Below the pieces are notes generated by a model, which made no database searches, was not told the origin of the DNA, and worked only from the letters and a program-made list of their open reading frames with translations. DNA of 64,000 nt from an uncultured virus (IMG/VR IMGVR_UViG_3300020577_008970) (taxonomy: Duplodnaviria > Heunggongvirae > Uroviricota > Caudoviricetes). The position numbers and the translations under genes are program-made. Where the stretch lies: the IMG/VR virus record IMGVR_UViG_3300020577_008970, one strand, 5' to 3'. How positions within the stretch are numbered: position 1 is the first letter of the stretch; each line of letters opens with the position of its first letter. Shown piece after piece: positions 19,175 through 27,824 of this stretch.

Positions 19175-21169
19175 GTGCTTAACACTTTGACACTATTTAA
19201 CAGCATGGAAATTTCACCAAAACTAGGTGGCTGGCGAAAGGATATTGATGATTCGAGGGATTTAAAATTCTCTGAACATCTCGACAATTTCACGCCAATC
19301 GAGGATTCATCCGGAGTGATCGATCTTCGTAAGTGGTGCCCACCAGTAGAAAATCAGCGTAGCATAGGTTCTTGTTTTGTTGGCGAAACACTTATCCCAC
19401 TATTAAATGGCAAGACTAAAACACTGGCAGAATTGTATCAAGAAAATTCAGAATTCTGGGTTTATTCATGTACACCTAACGGGAAAATAGTTCCTGGCAA
19501 AGCTCGATGTAATCTAACTGGGCTAAATCGACAACTCATACGTGTTACACTTGATAATAATGAAGAAATTGTGTGCACGCCAGAACATCAATTTATGCTT
19601 CGGAATGGTACATTTTGTGAAGCTAGACAACTAACGACTGACATGTCGTTGATGCCATTTTATCGAAAACTTAATAAATTTGGATATGAGCTAGTTTTTG
19701 ACAATCAAAACATGACATATCACAAAACACACAACGTAATTGCATATCATTGTAATATATCACAGTTACAAAATGTGACTGAATCGGTTAGTTGTGTACA
19801 TCACATTGATTTTGATAAAAATAATAATGAACCATCAAATCTAAAATTTATGGGGCTCGATGAACATTTTTCATATCATGCATCTCTGCATGGATATGGT
19901 TTTCGAAATTATTGGGGAACAGAAAAGCATAAGAATGATTCGAAACGAACAATTACAAATCAATATGCAACCAACCCGCAATGGAATGAAGGGGCGGCAT
20001 CGAAAGGTGGAAAACAAGCTCACACAAATCGATTAGCAGATCCACAAAAAATGGAGAATTTCAAAAATGATTGGCAACGCAAAGGCCATACGCCTGAAGC
20101 TCGAGCTAAAGCACGTAAGAGTATGTTAGATACGCTTAAAAATCTTTCTTTAGAAGAAAAAATAAAACGAAGTGAAATGGCTTCTCAGAGGATGAAATCA
20201 TTTTTGTCTGTACCTGAAAACAAAGAAAAACAACAGAAGACGTGTTCGAACCTTGGAAAGAACTCTGGAAAAACAAAGCTAATATACTATGCTCAACTCA
20301 TTATCGAAAAATATGGCGATTTAACTGAATCATTTTGGAGTGAGGAAAGAAAAAATACAAATGCACGGGGATATCCAAAATTTAGTAGCATCTCAAAATA
20401 TTTCGATACTCTTGATGATCTCAGAATCGCTGTAAAAAATCGCAATCACAAAATCAAATCGATTGATGTATTGGCATACACAGCTGATGTTTACTGTTTG
20501 TCTGTGGATGTATACCACAACTTCGCTTTACATGCTGGTGTATTTGTACACAATTGTGCGGCGAATTCTGTTGTGAGTGCACTTGAGATACTTCAAATCA
20601 AAGCTGGTGAGCCCTATCGACACTTGTCTAGACTGTTCTTGTACTACAACGCTCGTCTAACAGATGGCGACCCAGAGAAAGATGTTGGGACGTATCTTAG
20701 AACTGCATATGCTACATTGACTGGGATGGGAACTTGCACTGAAGCTGCTTGGCCATATGATACAGACAACGTCTTCTTGCGACCTTCATGGGACGCGTAT
20801 CGAGATGCATACCCAAACAAGATCAACAGCTACTATAGAATAGCTGCTTATGGGAAAGATCTTCGTGATGCGATTGTAAGAGCTCTTGAAGCACAGCATC
20901 CAGTTTCATTTGGTATGATCATCGATCGTGACTTCATGCAGAATACAGACTGCGATGGCGTTGTTGCAATGCCAAAAGAAACACGCACACAATGTGGTGG
21001 TCACGCAATGCTTATCGTAGGTTGCAAGGACTACGGCAATACATTAATCGTTAGAAATTCTTGGGGAACTGGATGGGGCGACCAAGGATACTGCTACGTT
21101 CCATTCGCATACCTCGAAGAAAGTAATGCGGACGACTTCTGGGTACCCTTCGCTCTAAAAACTGTCTAA
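19175..21169 (+). CDS. Papain-like (C1) cysteine peptidase interrupted by an intein; likely start ATG 19205
   Basis: Exteins IDLR..PPVENQRSIGS|CAAN, SRLFLYYNAR, GGHAMLIVG, RNSWGTGWGDQGY. Confidence 0.92.
   Translation: MLNTLTLFNSMEISPKLGGWRKDIDDSRDLKFSEHLDNFTPIEDSSGVIDLRKWCPPVENQRSIGSCFVGETLIPLLNGKTKTLAELYQENSEFWVYSCTPNGKIVPGKARCNLTGLNRQLIRVTLDNNEEIVCTPEHQFMLRNGTFCEARQLTTDMSLMPFYRKLNKFGYELVFDNQNMTYHKTHNVIAYHCNISQLQNVTESVSCVHHIDFDKNNNEPSNLKFMGLDEHFSYHASLHGYGFRNYWGTEKHKNDSKRTITNQYATNPQWNEGAASKGGKQAHTNRLADPQKMENFKNDWQRKGHTPEARAKARKSMLDTLKNLSLEEKIKRSEMASQRMKSFLSVPENKEKQQKTCSNLGKNSGKTKLIYYAQLIIEKYGDLTESFWSEERKNTNARGYPKFSSISKYFDTLDDLRIAVKNRNHKIKSIDVLAYTADVYCLSVDVYHNFALHAGVFVHNCAANSVVSALEILQIKAGEPYRHLSRLFLYYNARLTDGDPEKDVGTYLRTAYATLTGMGTCTEAAWPYDTDNVFLRPSWDAYRDAYPNKINSYYRIAAYGKDLRDAIVRALEAQHPVSFGMIIDRDFMQNTDCDGVVAMPKETRTQCGGHAMLIVGCKDYGNTLIVRNSWGTGWGDQGYCYVPFAYLEESNADDFWVPFALKTV
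19373..20554 (+). mobile_element. Intein (394 aa) with HNH homing endonuclease
   Basis: Block A CFVGETLI, block B CTPEHQF, HNH VHHIDFDKNNNEPSNL, block F VYCLSVDVYHNF, block G VHN/C. Confidence 0.95.
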
Positions 21170-21173
21170 TTTG

Positions 21174-21213
21174 TGGGACATGTGGGAATTGAACCCACCT
21201 CAGCTGTCTTATA
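21174..21213 (-). pseudogene. 3' half of a tRNA (Ile/Met class, anticodon reads TAT) disrupted by IS605
   Basis: TAT-AA-GACAG-CTGAG-GTGGG-TTCAATT-CCCAC-ATGTCCC-A; complementary GGGAC lies at 22825-22821 across the IS. Confidence 0.75.
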
Positions 21214-21225
21214 GAAATTTGCATG

Positions 21226-21627
21226 TTACATGCAATATTGCGATTTGACATACTGCTTAATTGCTTCTTCTGATACAGATCCGACTGACGAATAATATGT
21301 TCCCCTGCTCCAAAGACCAGAACCCCAAAATTTTGTTCCTTTTAATTTAGGAAATCTCGTAAAGATATAAACAGCTGAAATTGACTTAAGTGTCTTAACA
21401 ATTTCTACCGGAGCTGTCTTATAGTCTGCTTGAATAAGCAAATGAATATAGTCAGGCATTACCTCAATAGTATGAAGTATCCAATTATATTCGCCGCAAG
21501 TTTGCGCTAAAATGTGTTTCACTTCAACGGCAACTTCATCTTTGAGAATACATTTTCTATATTTTGGGCACCAAACAAGATGATATCCAATCGAATGAAT
21601 ACAGTTATTTTCTGATATTTTGTTCAT
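21226..21627 (-). CDS. tnpA: IS200-type Y1 transposase with altered HUH motif (DYIH)
   Basis: YHLVWCPKYR, EVMPDYIH, LWSRGTYYSSVG, IKQY..SQ. Confidence 0.92.
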   Translation of the reverse strand: MNKISENNCIHSIGYHLVWCPKYRKCILKDEVAVEVKHILAQTCGEYNWILHTIEVMPDYIHLLIQADYKTAPVEIVKTLKSISAVYIFTRFPKLKGTKFWGSGLWSRGTYYSSVGSVSEEAIKQYVKSQYCM

Positions 21628-21646
21628 ATGTTGAATACATATAACT

Positions 21647-22819
21647 ATGATTCGAACAATTAAAGTCAAACTTAATTTGTCTGAATTTGAGATTCAACTT
21701 CTGCGTGAGATGCAGAAAATTGCCGCTGATATTTTCAACGATCATGTTGATTGGTGCTTTGCAAGAAAGACTTTCTCAAAGGCCTTAGCACATAAAGAAC
21801 TCTACTATTTAGAGCGCACGAAATTTCCAGAATTTAATTCTGCAATGATTCAAACAGTTCGTGACACTGCTCTAGAATCTGTTAAAGCACTTAAATTTAA
21901 ATTCAAACCTCGAAAGTCGCCTAATAGCGGAATTCGATATGATAAAAGAATATTCGATCTTCGTGGGGAACAGCTTACACTTAGTACTAGTTCAAAACGT
22001 ATTCGAACTATTATTACATTTCCTTCTTGGTGCAAGAACATTGTCGAAACCGGAAAGCTTCAACAACTTCAGCTAACATGGAACAAAAAAGCAAAAAAAT
22101 TCTATGCAGGTTTTGTTTTCAAATTCGACGATGTAAAAAAAAGGGATAGTGGTAATATAGTTGGACTTGATCGAGGTCTTATTAATTTGGTAACAACGTC
22201 AGAAGGAGAAATTTTCAAAGCAACAAAAGTTAGGAAAAACCAAAGGAAGTTTTTATATCTTAGAAAAAAGTTGTCGATAAAAGGCACTCACTCTGCTAAG
22301 CGATTGTTAAAAAAACTTAGTGGAAAAGAGAAGCGGTTCAATCGAGAACAGAATCATATACTTGCAAAGCATTTAGCTTCGAATAGTTCTGTAAAAACAT
22401 ATGTGATAGAAGATCTTAAAGGAATTCGGTCAAAAAATAAAGGTCGAAAAATGAACAAACTTTTGTCATCTTGGGCTTTTTTTGAACTTGAATCAATGCT
22501 ATCATATAAATGCGAAGTCAATGGCATCTCAGTAGAAAAGGTTGACGCACGATATACATCGCAACGTTGTTCATGCTGCGGTGAAATTAGAAAAGCAAAC
22601 CGCAAAGGTGGAAAATATCACTGTAACAAATGCGGATACACCAGTCACGCCGACATTAATGCTGCAATCAATATACGAGACAGATTTGTCTCAACAATAT
22701 CTCAACCCCAGAAGGTTGAGCAGGGCACGGTCAATTGCCCGATTAAAAAAGACGGATCTGAGATCATACCAAGGTATTCTCAAGATCCAAAATTACAAAC
22801 TTGTATTGTAATTATTTGA
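21647..22819 (+). CDS. tnpB: RNA-guided nuclease TnpB
   Basis: RuvC motifs GLDRG, VIEDL, ADINAAINI; zinc finger CSCC..CNKC; stem-loop 22754-22788 fits an overlapping omegaRNA. Confidence 0.95.
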   Translation: MIRTIKVKLNLSEFEIQLLREMQKIAADIFNDHVDWCFARKTFSKALAHKELYYLERTKFPEFNSAMIQTVRDTALESVKALKFKFKPRKSPNSGIRYDKRIFDLRGEQLTLSTSSKRIRTIITFPSWCKNIVETGKLQQLQLTWNKKAKKFYAGFVFKFDDVKKRDSGNIVGLDRGLINLVTTSEGEIFKATKVRKNQRKFLYLRKKLSIKGTHSAKRLLKKLSGKEKRFNREQNHILAKHLASNSSVKTYVIEDLKGIRSKNKGRKMNKLLSSWAFFELESMLSYKCEVNGISVEKVDARYTSQRCSCCGEIRKANRKGGKYHCNKCGYTSHADINAAINIRDRFVSTISQPQKVEQGTVNCPIKKDGSEIIPRYSQDPKLQTCIVII

Positions 22820-22834
22820 CGTCCCTAATTCAAT

Positions 22835-23032
22835 TTAGTTCTTATCAAAACCTATCTTCTTTTTCGAAGCTGCTGCATTACGCAATTCATCGTATGCATG
22901 AACTGCACCTATGACTGCGATACAGAATTTAAGTACGCTAAGTGCTTTAGGTGAACGAATCGTTTTGCTAACTGTCTCTGCTGCAGCACTTGTCTTATCG
23001 AGAAAAGATTGACATTTTTCCTTAAAGTCCAT
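22835..23032 (-). CDS. Small hypothetical protein
   Basis: 65-aa ORF with GAGG upstream and a hydrophobic stretch. Confidence 0.6.
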   Translation of the reverse strand: MDFKEKCQSFLDKTSAAAETVSKTIRSPKALSVLKFCIAVIGAVHAYDELRNAAASKKKIGFDKN

Positions 23033-23065
23033 AGATCCAACCTCAAAAATTGTGATAAAATGTTG

Positions 23066-23146
23066 TCCTGGGTGTGAGACTTGAACTCACAAGGGTTTCC
23101 CCGGCAGATTTTAAATCTGCTCCGTAGACCATTCCGGCAACCCAGG
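23066..23146 (-). tRNA. tRNA-Leu(UAA)
   Basis: Acceptor CCTGGGT/ACCCAGG-A, anticodon arm GCAGA-TTTAAAA-TCTGC, long variable arm, T-loop TTCAAGT; CCA not encoded. Confidence 0.93.
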
Positions 23147-23232
23147 GAGGTGTTTACTTAGCTTGTCTGTTCCTTATCTTATAGAATCAATCTATATCGC
23201 TGTCATACTTGTGTACACAGCTGAAGATTAAT

Positions 23233-23553
23233 TTAGCGTCGTTGTTTGCCGACGTAACAAACGTTTTCGATTTCTTCGCACTTCGTAATCTTTTCAATGC
23301 ACGAAGGATTCAACCAGACGCCAGTAGCTTGTGTTTCTTCACAAAATGTTTTGCATGAAACAGATCCGCCATCGATTGGAATAGACTGCGCTTGTTTACA
23401 GCCTAGCGATGCCATATGATCACATGCAATGCCACATTTCATAGTGTCTGTCGGCTTCTCTGTGAGTCGAGGTGATCTTTCAAGCGGACATGCAGTAACC
23501 AACAACAGACAAATGAAGATGATTCCAGACGTGTATTTCTTTAGACTTTGCAT
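23233..23553 (-). CDS. Cys-rich lipoprotein
   Basis: Lipobox LLVTAC then 8 spaced Cys; start reassigned to ATG 23553. Confidence 0.7.
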   Translation of the reverse strand: MQSLKKYTSGIIFICLLLVTACPLERSPRLTEKPTDTMKCGIACDHMASLGCKQAQSIPIDGGSVSCKTFCEETQATGVWLNPSCIEKITKCEEIENVCYVGKQRR

Positions 23554-23629
23554 GATTGATATGTATCGCAAAAAATGGCACATGTACATTAGCCGTGAGA
23601 ATGACTAAAGTTAGTGTAGTTGAGATTGA

Positions 23630-24418
23630 TTACTTTTTGCGTGATAGAAAGGTAAGGAGTGTTTGAAAGAGCTGCGAGATAAAGATGAGCACATAGCGAA
23701 AGACATTTCGATTTATTTCGCTTATCTGCTTGTTATCAACTTGTTCATCGCTTGGTTTTACCACTTCCTGGTTCGCTACGAGGATTTGATTCGGCATCTC
23801 TTCAGAAGCTTGTTCTCCGGTTTCAGCCACTGATTTTTCTGGCTGTTCTTGTTGCTGAATAAAGACAACATCGATTCCTAGCTTTTCTGGGTCCCACCAT
23901 TCGACAAGTGGCCTTCCCAAACTTTTTAGAACCATTCCATGTTCAAACGTTATTGCATTTCCGCCTCGTCCTCCGCCGGCGTGATCTGCATAGCCTTTTT
24001 CATCAATCGGCGACATAAGCCATTCAACATGATCATCATTGCATCCAGCAGTATTGTATCTTAGCAAACTTCCGGGTGGAGGCATCGGACCATCTGACTT
24101 AAATCGATTTAACGCTCCAAGATCCTGCCCAATTTGTCGAAGCCACATGATTGCAGCTCCGGACTCATATTTCTTTGATAGAATGTCGTGCTTAACACCT
24201 GCAGCAGCCATGATTCCAAGAGCGCTGGTTCCGCAATTCGTAGTAATACCTACAACAACATTTGGATTGTCGACGCCACGAGCAACAAGCTTACCAAGCT
24301 CATCTTTTCTCTTGCTTAACGAACAGCCAACATATTTTTTTACGATTCGAATAATTCGTTCGCCAGCTCTTTCACCGGGAACGGTCTCTTCGAGTACAGA
24401 AGACTTTTCATCTGCCAT
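23630..24418 (-). CDS. Putative CHAP/NlpC-like cell-wall hydrolase
   Basis: TNCG and DHVEW as candidate Cys/His dyad; hydrophobic-basic C-terminus. Confidence 0.45.
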   Translation of the reverse strand: MADEKSSVLEETVPGERAGERIIRIVKKYVGCSLSKRKDELGKLVARGVDNPNVVVGITTNCGTSALGIMAAAGVKHDILSKKYESGAAIMWLRQIGQDLGALNRFKSDGPMPPPGSLLRYNTAGCNDDHVEWLMSPIDEKGYADHAGGGRGGNAITFEHGMVLKSLGRPLVEWWDPEKLGIDVVFIQQQEQPEKSVAETGEQASEEMPNQILVANQEVVKPSDEQVDNKQISEINRNVFRYVLIFISQLFQTLLTFLSRKK

Positions 24419-24446
24419 GGTATACCACCTTAGCAGATAATTAGTG

Positions 24447-25007
24447 CTATTTTCCTTTATTTTTCTTAGTTGTTGTTCTAGATTTTCTAACTTTTTGCTT
24501 TGTCACAGGTACATCAACAATTACATCTTCAACAACTTCTTGTGCAATGACAACTTCACTCTCGGGAGCAGCAGCTAGCTGTTCTGGCAGAGCTTCGACA
24601 GCTTTAGGATGTTTAAGTGTATCTAGAGTCTGCTTCTCCTCATCAAACATTTCTTTAAACTTCTGAACATAGAAGTCGCTAGCTGAAATTTTTCCTTCAG
24701 CAAGTGTTTGCTGTTTCATTGCGCTGTCGCCCAGCTCTTTTATTATTCGAATACATGTGGCGACGTGTCTTTTTGCAACAGATGACTCTGTAAATGTAAT
24801 TTTCTTTTCTGTAAGTTCAGTATCGATGACAGTAATGTACGTTTCAAGTTTATTAGCAAGAACAGAAAGTGCCTGCTTCGTTCCTTCTAAACCTAGCAGT
24901 TCTTTGCGGTACTTTTCAAGTTGATCTTCAATATACGCACCGAGCGTATAAATTGCCGAGATTTTTCCGTCTTGTTTGTCGAAATTCTCCATCTTTGATC
25001 CTATCAT
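24447..25007 (-). CDS. Coiled-coil protein, paralog of 16980..17489
   Basis: Similarity seen by eye; Lys-rich tail. Confidence 0.65.
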   Translation of the reverse strand: MIGSKMENFDKQDGKISAIYTLGAYIEDQLEKYRKELLGLEGTKQALSVLANKLETYITVIDTELTEKKITFTESSVAKRHVATCIRIIKELGDSAMKQQTLAEGKISASDFYVQKFKEMFDEEKQTLDTLKHPKAVEALPEQLAAAPESEVVIAQEVVEDVIVDVPVTKQKVRKSRTTTKKNKGK

Positions 25008-26062
25008 TTACCTTTTCGGAAAATATTGAGAAATGCCAATATCAAATTCATGATCATTTGGAATATGCTTGGTGTTGTACCTTGCATTGATCCGGTACCC
25101 TCTTGTGACATGCCAGCCTCATTCGAAACAACGATAGAAGTATCTACCTTCTGCTCGTAGAGTTCATTAGATTGTGAACTAGATGGTGCTGGTGTCCACT
25201 TCTTGAGTATCTCTGCAGTCTTTGGAAGTGTAACACCCCACATTGCTTCAAGCACAGGACGAATCGCATTATATCTGACAGGATAGATCTTGATTTCTCC
25301 ACCGAATGTTAGATACTTCATAATATTCGTGCACCATTCTGGCGACCACTTTTCAAGCATAGGTTCGGCTTCAAGTGCTTTCTTCAGCTGCGAATTAGCT
25401 ACGGCAGGGAGGTTGGCTGAATACGAAATATACGCACATCGAAGAGCACCAACCCATCCCTCATTCGGCGTATCATCCCACAAAATCTTTTTGGCATCGT
25501 TCATTACGAACTTTTCAGCCTTCGATGCGACGTATTTCAGCTGTTCTTTCCTAGCATTTTCATTATCCCAAATATCTGCAAAGCAAACTGCCCATGTTTT
25601 TGCATGTTCCTTCGCTTCATCAGTCCACTCATTCTTCTTACCTGAAGATTTCAAACACAAATCTCGCTGTTTTGATGCAGTATCGACCCATCCACGTTCA
25701 TCGAGAAATTTGAATCGCCATTTGTTGGCCGTCATTTTCTCAAATGTCGCATTGGAGAGCTTTAAAGCTTTTGCTAATGGCCCTGTAACAGCTTCGATTC
25801 CACATGTTTCAGCAATATGACCAAGTAATGCTGTTGACATGAAATATTGCGAATCGCAAAGCTGAATCAACGAAAGCGACACAATACACGTGTCATACAT
25901 GTTGACTGAATCATAATGTCCACCCTCAGTGGCTGTTATGACTGCAACAAGCTTTTCTTCCCACGAAGGATTGTCTGGTAAAACGAACTTATGAACACCG
26001 ATGATCATCGGACCAGAAAAATTCTCATACGAAGACCAAATGACAGTTTTCTGATCCGACAT
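25004..26062 (-). CDS. Putative lysozyme-like muralytic enzyme
   Basis: TEGGHYDSVNMYD...SL.LIQ resembles the EG..D..N.YD..S.G..Q lysozyme-like motif. Confidence 0.45.
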   Translation of the reverse strand: MSDQKTVIWSSYENFSGPMIIGVHKFVLPDNPSWEEKLVAVITATEGGHYDSVNMYDTCIVSLSLIQLCDSQYFMSTALLGHIAETCGIEAVTGPLAKALKLSNATFEKMTANKWRFKFLDERGWVDTASKQRDLCLKSSGKKNEWTDEAKEHAKTWAVCFADIWDNENARKEQLKYVASKAEKFVMNDAKKILWDDTPNEGWVGALRCAYISYSANLPAVANSQLKKALEAEPMLEKWSPEWCTNIMKYLTFGGEIKIYPVRYNAIRPVLEAMWGVTLPKTAEILKKWTPAPSSSQSNELYEQKVDTSIVVSNEAGMSQEGTGSMQGTTPSIFQMIMNLILAFLNIFRKGK

Positions 26063-26079
26063 ATTGCGCTTCTTTCTTG

Positions 26080-26529
26080 TTACGCTACATCTTCATCTGC
26101 TGTATCGACGAACATTTCTTCGTCTTCTTCACCTTCAGGAGATTCATCTCTAACAACAGCATCTTCTACTTCACTAGTATTGCTCACGCCCAAATATGCC
26201 AAAACATCGGCTGGGATAAGCTCGTAGACAGCAGCATCGACATTGATCAATGACATCTGCACGTCTTCTTTTTTGCCATACGCAATATCTCTTGCTAAAG
26301 AAGATAATGTAACAGCATCACGAAGATATGCATTCTTCAAGATCAGGTCGCCTGTCTCTAATGCCATCGACAATAATTCATCAGCTGACGCTGAAACACT
26401 TGTGGCGAATTGTAACGCTTCTTTCGAAGGCTTATTTAGAACTTTTACACTTTCCATTTTGTTTTCCGAAGCTGTTGTTAAGTATAACGTAGAATCTAAT
26501 ATGGAATTCCGTCTTCGTTGTATGACCAA
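26080..26529 (-). CDS. Hypothetical acidic protein
   Basis: ORF; start uncertain. Confidence 0.55.
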   Translation of the reverse strand: MVIQRRRNSILDSTLYLTTASENKMESVKVLNKPSKEALQFATSVSASADELLSMALETGDLILKNAYLRDAVTLSSLARDIAYGKKEDVQMSLINVDAAVYELIPADVLAYLGVSNTSEVEDAVVRDESPEGEEDEEMFVDTADEDVA

Positions 26530-26993
26530 TTATCTGGCAGTTTTAGATTCAACTTAACTGGTTTGCCAAATTCATCTGTCGCTATGGTTGAGATTGGCTT
26601 TGAAGATGTTTGTTCAAATTCAACATTTGTGTCGTCAACAAAATCATCTTGATCAGCCTCAGCTTCACTTGACACTTCTTGATTGATCGATTCCAATTCA
26701 CCATACCATTCGAGCTCAGCTTTCTTTGCAACTTCAAGCATTCTATTGACAGACTTAGATGCTCTATCTTGCAAGACTGTCCGGACAGTTTCTAGATCAT
26801 CGAATATTTCACCCGCGATTTGCTTTAGGTCGACCTGCTTTTCGTTTTTTCCCACGACTACTTTGTACTCGACGGAGTCCGTTTTTAACGTCTTTTTTAC
26901 ATTTTCCTCCGTCACAAGGCACGGGACAACCTTCATCTGTTTGCTTGACACAACATAGATCACCTGCCCCACAGCGTACTTCTTGTCCGTCAT
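26496..26993 (-). CDS. Hypothetical protein
   Basis: 165-aa ORF with GAGG upstream. Confidence 0.65.
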   Translation of the reverse strand: MTDKKYAVGQVIYVVSSKQMKVVPCLVTEENVKKTLKTDSVEYKVVVGKNEKQVDLKQIAGEIFDDLETVRTVLQDRASKSVNRMLEVAKKAELEWYGELESINQEVSSEAEADQDDFVDDTNVEFEQTSSKPISTIATDEFGKPVKLNLKLPDNWSYNEDGIPY

Positions 26994-27465
26994 TTTCTAC
27001 ATCCTCTTTATTCGTTTCAGCTGCTGGTGAGACAGCTTCTTCTGTCTTTACATCTGGCTTTTTCTCTTCCTTCTCAGGATAGAATATTCGCTCTACAATA
27101 CCCTTTAGTGGCTTCATACCACCCTCATCATGTTGCTGTGTAGGAACACAACATCCATCATCATCTACACACGATACATCACTATCTTGCTGGACTCTGC
27201 AAACTGTCATCGGAGGCGGAGCTATCGGAGCTACAACATAATCGGGTGCAGATTCCTCCAGGGCAATATTGGCTAACTTACATGCAGCTGTAACTTTTTT
27301 CCATAGTTCCTCTTCAACCAGAACACGATCTTCTGCATCAGCCAAAACAGACGACATTGTGCAGTAGCTATCATCTGTCGGAATATGCACACTCATCAGA
27401 TCGCGAAGATGAACTAGCTCAAGCTTGGACAATTTCATATCATACGTCAAAACTCTTTTTTCCAT
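26809..27465 (-). CDS. Hypothetical protein
   Basis: 218-aa ORF; last 185 nt overlap the next gene. Confidence 0.6.
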   Translation of the reverse strand: MEKRVLTYDMKLSKLELVHLRDLMSVHIPTDDSYCTMSSVLADAEDRVLVEEELWKKVTAACKLANIALEESAPDYVVAPIAPPPMTVCRVQQDSDVSCVDDDGCCVPTQQHDEGGMKPLKGIVERIFYPEKEEKKPDVKTEEAVSPAAETNKEDVENDGQEVRCGAGDLCCVKQTDEGCPVPCDGGKCKKDVKNGLRRVQSSRGKKRKAGRPKANRG

Positions 27466-27509
27466 AAGATCAACCTTACTTTGTAATTCTGTCGATGATC
27501 AATTTAATT

Positions 27510-27776
27510 TCATGTGGGATCGCGAAGAACCTCGAGAAATGAATCGTACGTGTTCTTGTGTTGCACAGCTGCTTCGATCTTAAGAACACGTAGAGCCGCT
27601 GTCAAAGTCTTCATATCAAGCTTACCAGCATATTCACTGATCAGCTCTTTACGGTCTTCCTTTAACGTTTCAATTTCATTATCGATGGTACGAAGACGAT
27701 CGATGAATTCCTTGGTCAGTTCCTTAAGTGTATTAAGCTCGTCTGGCTGGTGAACTTCTTGTACTTGCATGATCAT
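27510..27776 (-). CDS. GapR/DUF2312-like small DNA-binding protein
   Basis: FIDRLRTIDNEIETLKEDRKEL...DMKTL..ALR pattern. Confidence 0.7.
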   Translation of the reverse strand: MIMQVQEVHQPDELNTLKELTKEFIDRLRTIDNEIETLKEDRKELISEYAGKLDMKTLTAALRVLKIEAAVQHKNTYDSFLEVLRDPT

Positions 27777-27824
27777 TTACCCTTTCGAGGTAAGATCATA
27801 TTCAATATCTGATGAGTGTTTCGA

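Larger units (their letters stand above)
21213..22820. mobile_element. IS200/IS605 family element with divergent tnpA and tnpB
   Basis: Left hairpin TTGCATG-TTA-CATGCAA 21219-21235 after TTAT; right hairpin 22791-22813 then TTGAC; ends uncertain by 1-2 nt. Confidence 0.85.

Noticed and set aside
21213..22820. IStron or group I intron restoring the tRNA
   Set aside because: No room for a ribozyme core, and the tRNA D-arm is absent
26809..26993. Deliberate dual-coding in the 185-nt overlap
   Set aside because: Could simply be a lost stop or 1-nt indel near an ATGA junction; cannot be resolved without homologs
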